Source: Octopus sinensis (Eukaryota). From it: a stretch of 41,247 nt of DNA. Positions 21,123 to 33,040 of this stretch are shown here, one piece after another. How positions within the stretch are numbered: position 1 is the stretch's first letter; every line of letters begins with the position of its first letter. The translations under genes and the position numbers were made by a program. The stretch is taken from the NCBI RefSeq assembly GCF_006345805.1, contig NW_021835372.1, positions 1 through 41,247 on the forward strand, read 5' to 3'. The notes under the pieces are model-generated. The model was not told where the DNA came from and made no database searches. It was given only the letters and a program-made list of their open reading frames with translations.

Positions 21123-23001
21123 CATATAAAGGTAAAAGGTCACCGATACGTCTTGAAATCACACGAAGTAGCGTCTTGTAAATATTCTAGATTTTGTTTA
21201 TGCGTTGTATTTTAGGCCCACTCCTCTTGATTTCTTTTGTTTGTAAATCTCATAGTAGACATAACCCCGATCACTTCTTCAGAGTTTGTCCACACTTAGT
21301 GTCTAAATATTTAAATATCTCGCTTAGATGAACTAAAGTTGTACTGCTTAGCTTCATATGCTCCTCGGTGTGTGCATGTGTGTGTGTCCTCAGTATGTGT
21401 GTGTGTGACGTGTGAGCATACAAAAGCATGTATATACATACACGCACACACACACATGCATACACACATACACACACTCACAAGTTTAGGTGTATCTATA
21501 TACTTTGTGTGTTTATATGTATCAGGGTGTGTACGTAGTGTATATATATGCATATGTGCTTATGTGTTCATGTTTGTATGCACGTACGGCATGTACATAA
21601 GTATAAGCTAACTACACAGACACCCAGCCACGCAACCGACCCAACCCCAATTAGACACATAAATACTTCATGAAAATTTATCATAAAAGATACCAATCAC
21701 ACATAGACATGATTCTTCTGTAGAATTTTAGCCAGAAATTGACATTTATCAATGTAAACGCCGAGTTTAAATTGAATTTGTCGACAGCAAGTTGTCTTTT
21801 AACGAACGTCATTTTAAATTGATGACAACACACTAGAAGTTATTTGCGCTTGTCTACCATTTAGTATTTACAGATGGCGCTATTATTAATGTTGGTGGCG
21901 ATTGGTGATTCATTTTTTTTATTGCAGTATCGGTGTTTTTTCTTGGTGTGAGTATTTTAGTTCAGTTTTCTGTCTGTAATTCTTAAGTATGTATATTTTT
22001 ATTTAACGAGGTGCGATAAAAAAACTTCGACGTTTTGCAAGTTCGCTTAGGTTTCAACTGTAAACGCTTGGTGTGCTGCAATCCAAACCATATTAACAAC
22101 TAAAAGAAAGCAGACGGTAAAAGAGTGGCTACATGAATGCAATATTGCCAATTGTCTAACATTACTAATTAATATGCATGGGAAACGTGGGAGGTTTTTC
22201 TGCCGCACTATATTCTAAAGAGTCTTTTATATTCAAACTGCAATTTGATGTTCTGGGTAAGAAAGAAGAAATACAATCAAAGTAGTTAGCGCGAGGTCCG
22301 GGAGAAACCCGAGGAGTTGGCATTTAGAAAGGTTGGCGGGTGGAAGATAGGAGAGGGTCTTGAGCGGGCTTGAAGAAAACTGATGCGCAACTAGCCTGAT
22401 TTGGAGCATACATTGTTGCAGAATTGGTAGGAGAGGCAGGGAATGAAGCACCGCGTCTGTGTGTCGGATATTTTAGTGTTTTGGTGTGTAAGTCTTTGCC
22501 AATCAATTTGACGGCTTCCTTTTAGTTGTGATTTACAAAGTGTGCGCGCATGCGTAACAATCGAAGCAACATCAGCATTTTTTTCCGATCTGGGAGTGGT
22601 ACTTTATTGTAGGTCTGACCTGAGCTTTGTAAAGGGGTCGACAATTGATCACCATTTAAAAAACCACCATACAGACTGATATAGATATAATCAAACCAAC
22701 ACCGCCAGTGCCACCATCGCAGAAATTTGTCTAGTCAGTATCTCACACAATCGACTGTCGAATATAACAGCTTAAAAGCACTTTTAAATTACATATATCA
22801 GTTGTTGTTGTTGTTGTTGTCATCGTCGTCATTTGCACAGACGTAATTAAGCAAACTTATGAGCGGAAGTTCACTCGCTGGAATCCCTTCGTTCATATTC
22901 CACCTGATTTCTTCTGTAACAATGTTAGCTGTTCTATCCACATAGGATATAGTATCTTCCGTTTTTCTTATAACAAAACAGTATTGTCCTGGTTTTCCAT
23001 G

Positions 23002-23280
23002 TAGGCGCAGGAGTGGATGTGTGATAAGTAGCTTGCTTACCAACCACATGGTTCCGGGTTCAGTCCCACTGCGTGACACCTCGGGCCGACCAAAACCTGA
23101 AAGAATTTCGTCGTGTGTGTGTGTGTGTGTTGGTGCGTTCACGGTTCGGCAAAAGAGATCGCTACAATAAGTACTAGGCTTACAAAGAATAAGTCCTGGG
23201 ATCGATTTTTTCGACTAAAGGCGGTGCTACAGCATGGCCGCAGTCAAATGGCTGAAACAGATAAAAGAATAAAAGAATAG
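23002..23280 (+). mobile_element. SINE family A with internal deletions
   Basis: Head and tail match A; the segments flanking the central microsatellite are shortened. Confidence 0.9.
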
Positions 23281-23504
23281 TTTCACATCTGTTCATATTC
23301 TTTCGTTGTTATATAATATTCAGAGATGGTACGTTGTTTTTTGTTGTTTTCTTTTTCCTTTGTATTCATCTTCCGTACACTTCCATCAGTCGTCTCTGTT
23401 TTTGGATTCCATCAATGAATCACGTGTGTTATGAAAAGAGATATTCTCCGATGACGGAAAGCACAGTGACCAATTTCATCACGTTTGAATCTGCCGTGGC
23501 GTAC

Positions 23505-23720
23505 TTTTTCTTTTACTTGTTTCAGTGATTAGACAGTGCGACCATGCTGGGGCACTGCCTTGAGAAATGTTTAGTCAAATGAATCGACCTCAGTACTTTT
23601 TTAAGCTTGGTACTTATTTTATCGGCCTCATTTATCGAACCTCTAGGTTACGGACGTAAACACACCAATACCGGTTTCAAGCGGTGATGGGGGCTCAAAC
23701 AACGACACATGCACACATAC
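23505..23720 (-). mobile_element. Older SINE A-type 3' half
   Basis: ttttacttgtttcagtg...gaccatgctggggcactgcc...gacgtaaacacacca. Confidence 0.8.
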
Positions 23721-23815
23721 ACACACACTCGGTCTGTCTAGGGTCACATTCCCCAACATAAGCATTTTTGTTTTGTTTTGTTTTGTTTTTTCTTTAAGAC
23801 GGTAGGGTTGGATTT

Positions 23816-23943
23816 GTGAAGGCACGTGATCTTTTAACTAAACAAAGGATAGTGGGTTCAGGATCCCTAAGGTCGTGAGTTCGATAGTTAGACGAAGCGG
23901 AACGTTGTACTCCTGAGCAGAAGACTTCATTTCACGTCGTTGC
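23816..23943 (+). mobile_element. Degenerate SINE family C head
   Basis: gtgaaggcacgtg...taaggtcgtgagttcgat...cctgagcagaagacttcatttcacgt. Confidence 0.55.
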
Positions 23944-24892
23944 GCGTGTGGAGTCGGAAATAAATGCTAGTGGCAGCTACGGACTAGCGTCCCGTTCCAG
24001 TAGGAGCCGAATGTTTTGTAGACTCAGTTCCCAAAACGTCTTGAAAAAACCCGGATAATCTCCGACCTAATGAAAGACCTTTTTTATTCATTACTCCTTG
24101 AGCTTTGATTTATGGAAAATTTGGTTGCTTTTTCCAGCAGAGTGAGTAACTACATAGAGGTTTCTAGAGTAATTTGACTGAGAAACTTGTTCTAATACGA
24201 CGCAGAGGAAGGAAAATCAAGCACACAGAAAGCTCATGTAAAAGCTGATCTACAGACAAGAGAATTGATTGTCTGCGAATAACAACATAAAAATTGCAAG
24301 TATGACACACCTTAAAACAAGCAAGTAACAAACAAAACAAATCTAAATTTATGTTTACTTCTTTTTCTAAGTGTTGATCACGTAATCTATCAACTGTTCT
24401 TTCCTTTACGTGACGCAAGTATCGTCTGATTTCCTCCATTTTATTTTCACAACCGCTCGTTTTCCGCTCTCTCCAACTTCTCTGCACATTCCTTTCTTTC
24501 ACTTTCGGCTCATCCTTCCTCCTACCCTTTTTCGGTCTCTGATCACACAAATACTCACATATGCACACATGACACATAAGTAGCTCATTGTATAACGTGA
24601 TATATGCATCAGTATGTGCGTAGGCGTATATGTGTAAAGGGAGTGTGTGTGCGCGTTTGTCTTTGTATGTATGCGTATTTGACTATGCGTGTGTTGTATA
24701 TTATGTAATATTCCACCAACAGGGAGTAGAAGAGAAGAGATAGGGATTAAAAATACGAATAAAAGACAGCGTATATACACATACATGCATATATATAGAC
24801 ACACGCACATATATATGTATATATATATATATATGTGTGTGTATGTGTGTGTGTGTATGTATATATGTATATATATAAATACATACATACTT

Positions 24893-24932
<40 letters not shown>

Positions 24933-25039
24933 TGTGTGTGTGTGTGTGTGCGTGTGTGTATAGAAGAATAAAAGAGAAAGGAACCGGAAGATCGTCAAAT
25001 CTTATTTGCATAACAATTTCTATTACGATTGTTCCTATA

Positions 25040-25480
25040 TAGGCGCAGGAATGGCTGTGTGGTAAGTAGCTTGCTTACCAACCACATGGTTCCGGGTTCA
25101 GTCCCGCTGTGTGGCACATTGGGCAAGTGTCTTCTACTATAGCTTCGTGCCGACCAAAGCCTTGTAAATTTGGTTGACAGAAACTGAAAGAAGACAGTCG
25201 TATATATATATATATATTATATATATATATATATATATATGTCTGTGTATGAGTGTGTGTGTGTGTGTGTGCGTGTGTGTGTGTGTGTGTATGCATGTAT
25301 GTATGCGTGTGTGTGAATGTGTCTGTGTTTATGTCCCCATAACTTAACGATTCGGCAAAAGTGACTGATAAAATAAGTACTACTCTTACAAAGAATAAGT
25401 CCTGGGGTCGATTTGCTTGACTAAAGGCAGTGCCCCCAGCATGGCCGCAGTAAAATAACTGAAACAAATAAAAGAAAAAA
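25040..25480 (+). mobile_element. Full-length SINE family A
   Basis: Same organisation as 18317-18723. Confidence 0.92.
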
Positions 25481-25809
25481 TATTATTGCTTTCAATTTTA
25501 TGCTGGATGCTTTTCTTACGTTAAAGTGAAATGTTCAGTTAATGAACCATATTTCTCATTAAATTATTTTTTTATTTACAACTTATTCTTTTGTTCACCA
25601 TTTTATCTGTTTGGGGTTGTTATGCTCTTTGTTAATATTATTGTTGCTGTTATTTAATATTGTTGTTGTTCTTATCTTGTGGATATTGGGGTACATTCTC
25701 TCGGCTTTCTCGCTTTTGGCAATTTGTATACATGCCAAATGAATTCAATCCCAGCATCATAATAGCCATCATCGTCATTATTCTCAGGTGGTGCTACTAA
25801 GTTAGTCAT

Positions 25810-26128
25810 TTTTTTTTATTTATGCGCCCATTTCAAGCCTAGCCAGGCTCATGGGCCCGGTTTCCCGGTTTCTGTGGCGTATGTGTTCCCTCCAGCTGGA
25901 CGAGACGCCAGTCCATCGCAGCGTTACCCAAGAAACAGGAAGAAAGAGTGAGAGAAAGTTGGGGCGAAAGAGTACAACAGGGGTCGCCACCATCCCCTGC
26001 CGGATCATCGTGGAGCTTTTAGGTGTTTTCGCTCAATAAACACACACAACGCCCGGTCTGGGAATCGAAACCACGATCCTCCGACCGCGAGTCCGCTGCC
26101 CTAACCACTGGGCCATTACACCTCCACA
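25810..26128 (-). mobile_element. SINE family D with 10-11 bp TSD
   Basis: aagttagtcat at 25799-25809 and 26128-26138; A-rich tail; homologous to 15223-15506. Confidence 0.9.
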
Positions 26129-26254
26129 AGTTAGTCATGGCCTAGACCAATTCTGACCGAACCTTTCTTAGTAGCTAAGTTTAAAGACATACACTACACT
26201 TTTCTTTTTTGCCAAGCCCTCATCGACTTTTGACCAAGTCCTCACCGACTTTTT

Positions 26255-26400
26255 ACGTTCTAAGTTCAAATTATGGCAAGGTCACCGTTGCCTTTCATCT
26301 TCTCGGGATTGATTAAATAAGTACCAGTCATGTACTGGGGTCGATGTAATCGGATATCCTCCTTCCCCGAAATTGCTGGCCTTGTGTCAAAATTTGAAAT
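26255..26400 (+). mobile_element. Degenerate SINE family B (X tail)
   Basis: ttgcctttcatc...taagtaccag...ctggggtcgatgtaatcg...gctggccttgtgtcaaaatttgaaa. Confidence 0.8.
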
Positions 26401-26408
26401 CGTTATTA

Positions 26409-26725
26409 TCCTCTCCCAGCGGCTCATCTGACTCAACCTGTCAATCCTCTTTACGGAGTGGCCCTGGATTACCTCGAGTTCTGTCACCAGTTGGGATCAG
26501 TTATCCTGATGACTGACAACGAAAATTCTCCACAAGAGTAGCATGGAATCGCTTTGCCTGGTTCCGAATGATCTCAGAATCCATCCAATTACTCGTCTGC
26601 ACAGTGTCACCATTTTGATAACATGCACATGGAATGTTGCATCATTACCCATGTGGGTTCCTAAGTCTCGCACCGACTCTGACTCTGTGACTCTGTGAAC
26701 CCATGGTCCTCCTGTGTATTACAGT
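26409..26725 (-). pseudogene. CR1/L2-like LINE RT C-terminal fragment
   Basis: Translation [37 protein letters not shown]...LLWRIFVVSHQDN*SQL...ELEVIQGHSVKRIDRLSQMSRWER follows the RDLG...LxYCSxxW...LExxQ...LSYxERL pattern. Confidence 0.75.
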
Positions 26726-26799
26726 GGTTGTCTGTCTGTGAGATGATAATTACATAGAGAAATGTAATTAATGACAGCGATAGAAAGATATATAGACAG

Positions 26800-26820
26800 G
26801 CAGATAGACAGACAGATAAC

Positions 26821-26896
<76 letters not shown>

Positions 26897-26897
26897 T

Positions 26898-26958
<61 letters not shown>

Positions 26959-26960
26959 TG
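26800..26960. repeat. (GATA)n/(GACA)n tetranucleotide microsatellite
   Basis: Direct inspection. Confidence 0.95.
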
Positions 26961-28257
26961 AGAGTGAAAGAGAGGTAATAGAAATGGATGGTGCATACTT
27001 TTTTAAGCACTACTCAGACGTAACTTTTTGAAAATCTGTAATATATTACAGAATAAACAAGATAAATCGAACATCAGTTTTAATTATTTTGTTCAGAATG
27101 ATGTCAATAAATATTTCACCATTTAATTAATTTTAGTCTTACCATTGACGTATGCCACACATATATTTTATTTATTTATTTACATATTTATTTACGAATT
27201 GATTATTGAAATTTAAGGAAAATGGAATAATGGGATTATAATTCTTACGCTGTTGTTCCACATATCTTATTTCTGGTTTCTCAGAATCGGGAGAGTGTCC
27301 GAGGAATGCATTGCACTACGTAGTGATAGCATTTTATATTGACCTTTCAAATATCATCGCGGTCAAGCCGCTTCATATATCTGAAAACGAAGAAGATATA
27401 GACTTTATGGTACTTTATAGATATCATATCGATGACGAGATTACACAAAATCGAATATAAGTTTTTACGTAGATATTAGAAGTGTTAAATGTCAAATTAT
27501 TATTTACCAATGCCACGAATCTGGCTCTGTCAGGTGTTCACAGTTTTGTGAATGTTAAAAGCAAGCACCGAATATCTGGCCGTTGTATTAGATACGGAAA
27601 AACTTGTTGAGAAATGAATATCAACTATGATGAGACGTGCAAAGACTGGAATGCTTCAAACTTTTTTTTTTTTTTGTATTTGAATATTACGTGCCTGGAT
27701 TTAAAAGAAAATGAAATAAAATTTGAGACTAATACAAAAACGAAAAAATATACAAAAGAAAAAAACGTAGAAAATATATTTTGTGAGATGTATTTCGTAA
27801 AAGAGATTTATTAAAATCATGTTAAGTGATCTATATATTGAGCATGTTTCGTTACCAGAAGACCCACAACAACAACAACTGAGCATACACCTGTGAATCA
27901 AAGTTAAGGTAGTGAGCAAAGTCGCTTGCCCAGAAGTCAGGGCATCCGTGATTGTATGGGGGTTTTCTGAGCAGCCCTCGAACGTCTTCTCCCTACTAAA
28001 GATACACATTATTTAAAATGTTTTGTTTTTTTCCGTCAAACTTCTTTCCACGAAAAACCCACACAACACACGCACACACACACACGTACACATACACACA
28101 CACACACACTTTCAACGTTTTGCCTTGTTTTTTTTGTTTTTTTGCTTAAGCCCTTTGTACTCAAATCAATATTCAAACAGAAGAACTTGTTCTATATCCC
28201 CCCCCCACCGCAGTTGTTTTCCGTCTCTTTGTTTCTTTCTCTTTGTGACATTGACAG

Positions 28258-28394
28258 AGAACAGTGCGGGTGTAACGTGACATATTGGCAGGGCGCTCAC
28301 CACAGACCTGATCAAGTCTTACTACGACAAAACCGGAAAGACCAAACACAAGAAGGTTGATAAATATTCAAGTACCCCGGGACGATATTTATAG
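28258..28394 (+). CDS. Candidate host exon, product unidentified, reading frame ambiguous
   Basis: Long pyrimidine tract ending ttgacag at 28257; non-repetitive sequence; codons for ALTTDLIKSYYDKTGKTKHKK are mostly C/G-ending; in-frame TGA at 28278-28280 and TAG at 28392-28394. Confidence 0.45.
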
Positions 28395-28440
28395 AGGGTG
28401 AAAGAAAGAGAGAGAATGGGAGAGAGAGAGAGAGAGAGAG

Positions 28441-28870
28441 AGAAAAGAGAGAAGAGGAGAGAGAGAAAGAAAGAGACAAGAGAGACAGACAGACAAAGGG
28501 AGAGGGAGGGAGACAGACAGACAGACATAGAAGAGACGAACAGACAGAAAGACAAGCGGATAGACAAAGAGGAAAAAGGTAAGTTAGAGAGAGACAGAGA
28601 GACAGACTGGGAGGAAATGAGGGGAGAGAGGGAAGAGAGAGAGAGAGAGAGAGAGAAAAGAGAGAAGAGGAGAGAGAGAAAAGAGAGAAGAGGAGAGAGA
28701 GAAAGAAAGAGACAAGAGAGACAGACAGACAAAGGGAGAGGGAGGGAGACAGACAGACAGACATAGAAGAGACGAACAGACAGAAAGACAAGCGGATAGA
28801 CAAAGAGGAAAAAGGTAAGTTAGAGAGAGACAGAGAGACAGACTGGGAGGAAATGAGGGGAGAGAGGGAA
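28441..28870 (+). repeat. Exact tandem duplication (period 236 bp) of a purine-rich GA unit
   Basis: aagagacaagagagacagacagacaaaggg starts at 28471 and 28707; both copies run to aaatgaggggagagagggaa. Confidence 0.9.
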
Positions 28871-29099
28871 GGAGAGAGAGAGAGAGAGAGTGGGAAAAGG
28901 TGAGAAACGGGTTTTTGCACAGGTTCCATTATCTGCTTAATTAAACTGTAACGTTCTTCTCAGAACAAAACAATTGATAACAAGAAGAAAGATTTACCAT
29001 TGTTTATAAAAGAATAATCTGTTGTTGATGTGGTTGTTGATGTGGTTGTTGGTGGTGATGATGATATTTGTTGTGACTAGAAGAGTTGGGATTCATACT

Positions 29100-29700
29100 G
29101 TAACGGTGGTGGTGGTGAGGGTGAAGGTGGTGGTGGTGGTAGTGGTAAGGGTGAAGGTTGTGGTGGTAGTGGTGGTGTGGTAGTGATGGTGGTAGTGGTG
29201 GTGGCGGTGGTAGTGTGGTTAGTGTTGACGTTTGAAGGTGGTGGTGGTGGTAGTGGTAAGGGTGAAGGTTGTGGTGGTAGTGGTGGTGTGGTAGTGATGG
29301 TGGTAGTGGTGGTGGTGTGGTAGTGATGGTGGTAGTGGTGGTGGCGGTGGTAGTGTGGTTAGTGTTGACGTTTGAAGTGGTGGTGGTGGTGATGTCGGTG
29401 TTGACGTTTGAGGTAGTAGTGGTGGTGATGGTGATGGTGGTGGTGAAGATGGTGGTGGTGAAGATGGTGGTGGTGGGTGATGGTGGTGGTGGTGGTGGTG
29501 GTAGTGGTGGTGAGTGATAGTGGTTGCGAGATGGTGGTGATGGTTACTGTTGTGGTTGCAGTGGTGGTGGTTGCAGCGCGGTGGGGGTGAGGGAGACGGT
29601 GAGATGATAGTAGTGGTGATAGTGGTGGTGACGGTTGTGGAGACAATGAAGGTGATAATGATGATGATGGTAGCTATGATGCAGGTAGTGCTACTCGTCG
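29100..29700. repeat. (GGT)n-derived low-complexity tract with a higher-order duplication of about 110 bp
   Basis: ggtagtggtaagggtgaaggttgtggtgg and tggttagtgttgacgtttgaag each occur twice. Confidence 0.9.
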
Positions 29701-30147
29701 TCTTCATCGTCATCGTCGTAATAGCTATAGAGTAGTGATAGTAACGATGAGAGTCTAAACGGAAAATGCTTGAAAGACATAACGCAAGCCACAGTTGTGT
29801 TTTCTGAACCGTAATGTTTGTGCTGTTGTTTTTCATTTGTTGTTGCTTTTGTCTCTGTATCTGCCTTCGTGAGAGGCTTTCGTTATCAAATATTCACCCA
29901 AAACGATGATTAATCTTCAAACTGAAGCGATAAAGCAATAGTGAGTGAGACCATTTTCATACTGGTATCACTCGATATTGTGTGTGCATAGCTATGTTAA
30001 TTTCCAATGAGGGGTGCGCCAGATACTGTCACTGAACCAGCTGGAAATATCAACCAAATCTCCCTTTTTAAATCATAGGCTACCGTTTTACGAAAGAAAA
30101 GAGGTCTCAATTCTTATGATTTCGTGAGTATATAAGATCGTTTTATT

Positions 30148-30470
30148 TGGTATTCCGTCGGTTACGACGACGAAGGTTCCAATTGATCTGATCAACGGAA
30201 CAGCTAGCTCGTGAAATTAACGTGCAAGTGGCTGAGCACTCCACAGACACGCGTACCCTTAACGTAGTTCTGAAGGAGATTCAGCATAAAACAGAATATA
30301 ACAAGGTTGCCCCTTTGACATACAGGTACTACACATTTTTGCCAGCTGAGTGAACTGGAGAAACGTGAAATAAAGTGTCTTGCTCAAGAACACAACACGT
30401 CGCCAGGAATCGAACTCATCACCTTACGATCATGAGCCGAATGTCCATAACCACTAAGCCACGCAACTTC
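30148..30470 (-). mobile_element. SINE family C
   Basis: Homologous to 12555-12870; tRNA head ggcttagtggtta...gagttcgattcc. Confidence 0.88.
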
Positions 30471-30938
30471 CTCAAAACATCGACAATGTGAAAGGATTAT
30501 GTATTCTAATAGGAGTCGAACTGAAAACACTTTGCTTTTGTATCATTTGCCAGGTAGCGCCACCTGTCATGAAGGAAACTTAGAAAGAAAACAGCTACTA
30601 GGTTGGTCTGTCGTGCCTCTACACTTAATTCTGACAATTGATTGACGCGTCAGAGACGCTTCGGATTTCCACCAGAGTTTCATCTGGTTCGGATTTCGGA
30701 TTTCCACCAAAATTTCATCTGGTTTTATTTTGACCGGGCGTAGATCGACATCTTTCGGGGCTTCTGCTTGATCTGACTCGAAGCGCAGTAATTGGAGAAA
30801 TTTGATATTCCAAAGTGGTGGGTTGGTTGATTTTTGCCCTCAACACCTTGCAAAGCCGTAGGGACACAGTTTTGGCATAGACCTGTTTAGAAGTGCATCA
30901 CGTGAGTGCATATGTATGTAAGTGTGTGTGTGTGTGTG

Positions 30939-30970
<32 letters not shown>

Positions 30971-31317
30971 ATGTGTGTGTCTTTGCATGTGTGTGTATGT
31001 ATTCTTGCATTTATATGTGTATCTCTGTAAAAAGAGAAAGAAACAAAGAAACAAAGAAAGAAACAAAGAAAAAACGGAAGAAACAAAGAAACAAAGAAAA
31101 TCAATCTAGATGCTGGTACTTTATTTATCGGCCCCGAACTGGTGAATTTGGCAGGACTTGATCCCAGATTGTAGTGGACCAAAAGGAATACCACAAAGCA
31201 CTCTCTCCAACACTCCACCGACTTTGACATTTCGCCACTTCTATGTAATAGTTAAGTATTCATGAATTCAGTGCATTATTTTCTGAAGATGTTATGCCAA
31301 AATTTGGAATTACCAAT

Positions 31318-32480
31318 GGCGGCGAGCTGGCAGAATCGTTAATACATCAGATAAAATGCTTAGCCGCATTTCTTTCGACGCATCTCCTTCTGTCTTCAGA
31401 TTTCGCCGAGGTCAACTTTGCCTTTCATCCTTTCTATAAAATAACGTATCAGTCAGGTACTTAAGATAGATGTAATCGATTAGCCTCCTCCCCCCAAAAC
31501 TATTGGCTTCGTGCCAAATTTGAAACCATTATTATCAAGAATGGTTAAGGTGGTGAGCTGACAGAATCGTTAGCAAACCAGGCGAAATGCTTAGCGCTAT
31601 TTCGTCGTCTTTACGTTTTGAGTTCAAATTCCGCCGAGGTCGACTTTACCTTTCATTCTTTCGAGGTCAATAAATTAAGGAACAGTTACATACTGGGGTT
31701 GATCTAATGGACTGGTCCCCTCCACCAACATTTCGGGCCTTGTACCAAGAGTAGAAAAGAAACGAATGCTTAACGGTATTTCGTCTGCCGTTACGTTCTG
31801 AGTTCAAATTCCGCCGAGGTCGACTTTGCCTTTATCTTTTCGGGATCGATTAAATAAGTATCAGTTACGCACTGGGGTCGATATTATCGACTTAATCCGT
31901 TTCTGTCCTTGTCTGTTCTCTCTGTGTTTAGCCCCTTGTGGGTAGTAAAGAAATAGGTATTTCGTCTGTCTTTACATTCTGAGTTCAAATTCCGCCGAGG
32001 TCGACTTTGCCTTTCATCCTTTCGGGGTCGATTAAATAAGTACCAGTTACGCACTGGGGTCGATATTATCGATTTAATCTGTTTGTCGGTCCTTGTTTGT
32101 CCTCTCTGTGTTTAGCCCCTTGTGGGTAGTAAAGAAATAGGTATTTCGTCCGTCTTTACGTTCTGAGTTCAAAATCCGCCGAGGTTGACTTTGCCTTTCA
32201 TCCTTTCGAGCTCCATAAATTAAGTACTAGTTGCATACTGGGGTCAATCTAATCGACTGGACCCTTCCCCCAAAATTTCGGGCCATGTGCCTAGAGTAGA
32301 AAAGAAACGAGTTCTTAGCAGTACTTTGTCTTTCCGTTCTGAGTTCAAATTCCGCCGAGGTCGACTTTGCCTTTCATCATTTCGAGGTCGATAAATTAAG
32401 TACCAGTTGCGTCCTGGGGTCGATCTAATCGACTGGCCTTCGCCAAAAATTTCGGGCCTTGTGCCTAGAGTAGAAAAGAA
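31318..32480 (+). mobile_element. Head-to-tail array of six SINE B monomers (tails X, Y, Z, Z, Y, Y)
   Basis: Units start at about 31318, 31546, 31763, 31957, 32141 and 32308; each contains gagttcaaa.tccgccgagg..gactttgcctt. Confidence 0.92.
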
Positions 32481-33040
32481 TTTTTATTTCTGAGGACGGG
32501 TGGTTCAAATATAAAGGTTATAATTTCGAAAACTAGCCCTCGGATATATTTATTGGTAGGAATGGTCAATCATCTGAGAACGATCGACACATAAACTAGT
32601 CGAACAGCTACGCTAATATTAGAACCGGTTCATTCCGACCGTAATCAAGACACGAAGATATGAGGTTAATCGTTGATGAATTTATTGGTTACACTGTATC
32701 TTAAAACCACAAACTCCCGCTCTTTTACTTCTACTACTACTACCACCATTGCATCTGACGCAACTCCTACTTCCATTCTTTCCTATTGTCTCTATTCTGT
32801 GGTCATGGAACGATGGCTTCTCTTCTTTGAGGTCATTAATTTCTGATTTGCTGTAGAATGCAATGCCAAAGGAAACCTCAATGAAAGAGAAGGGGAAAAA
32901 AATAGAAGTGAGAATGTGAATTGCAACCAAATACCAAGTTAGCTAATCAACTAAAAGCACCATGTGTTGACAGCCAGAACGACTGACCTGAAACTTTCAT
33001 ATACACACATACACACACACACACCACACACACACACACA

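Noticed and set aside
22000-22215. Mariner-like terminal motifs (acgaggtgcgataaaaaaa; tttttctgccgcactata)
   Set aside because: The two ends are not reverse complements of each other and no transposase remnant lies between them.
24164-24577. 137-aa minus-strand ORF
   Set aside because: No recognisable motif or splice context; starts in low-complexity sequence.
26500-26530. CTGATGA...GAAA on the plus strand
   Set aside because: No stem II, and it lies antisense within the CR1-like coding remnant.
27285-27460. Acceptor-like site with a 58-codon open frame
   Set aside because: AT-rich with no codon bias, no convincing donor and no recognisable domain.
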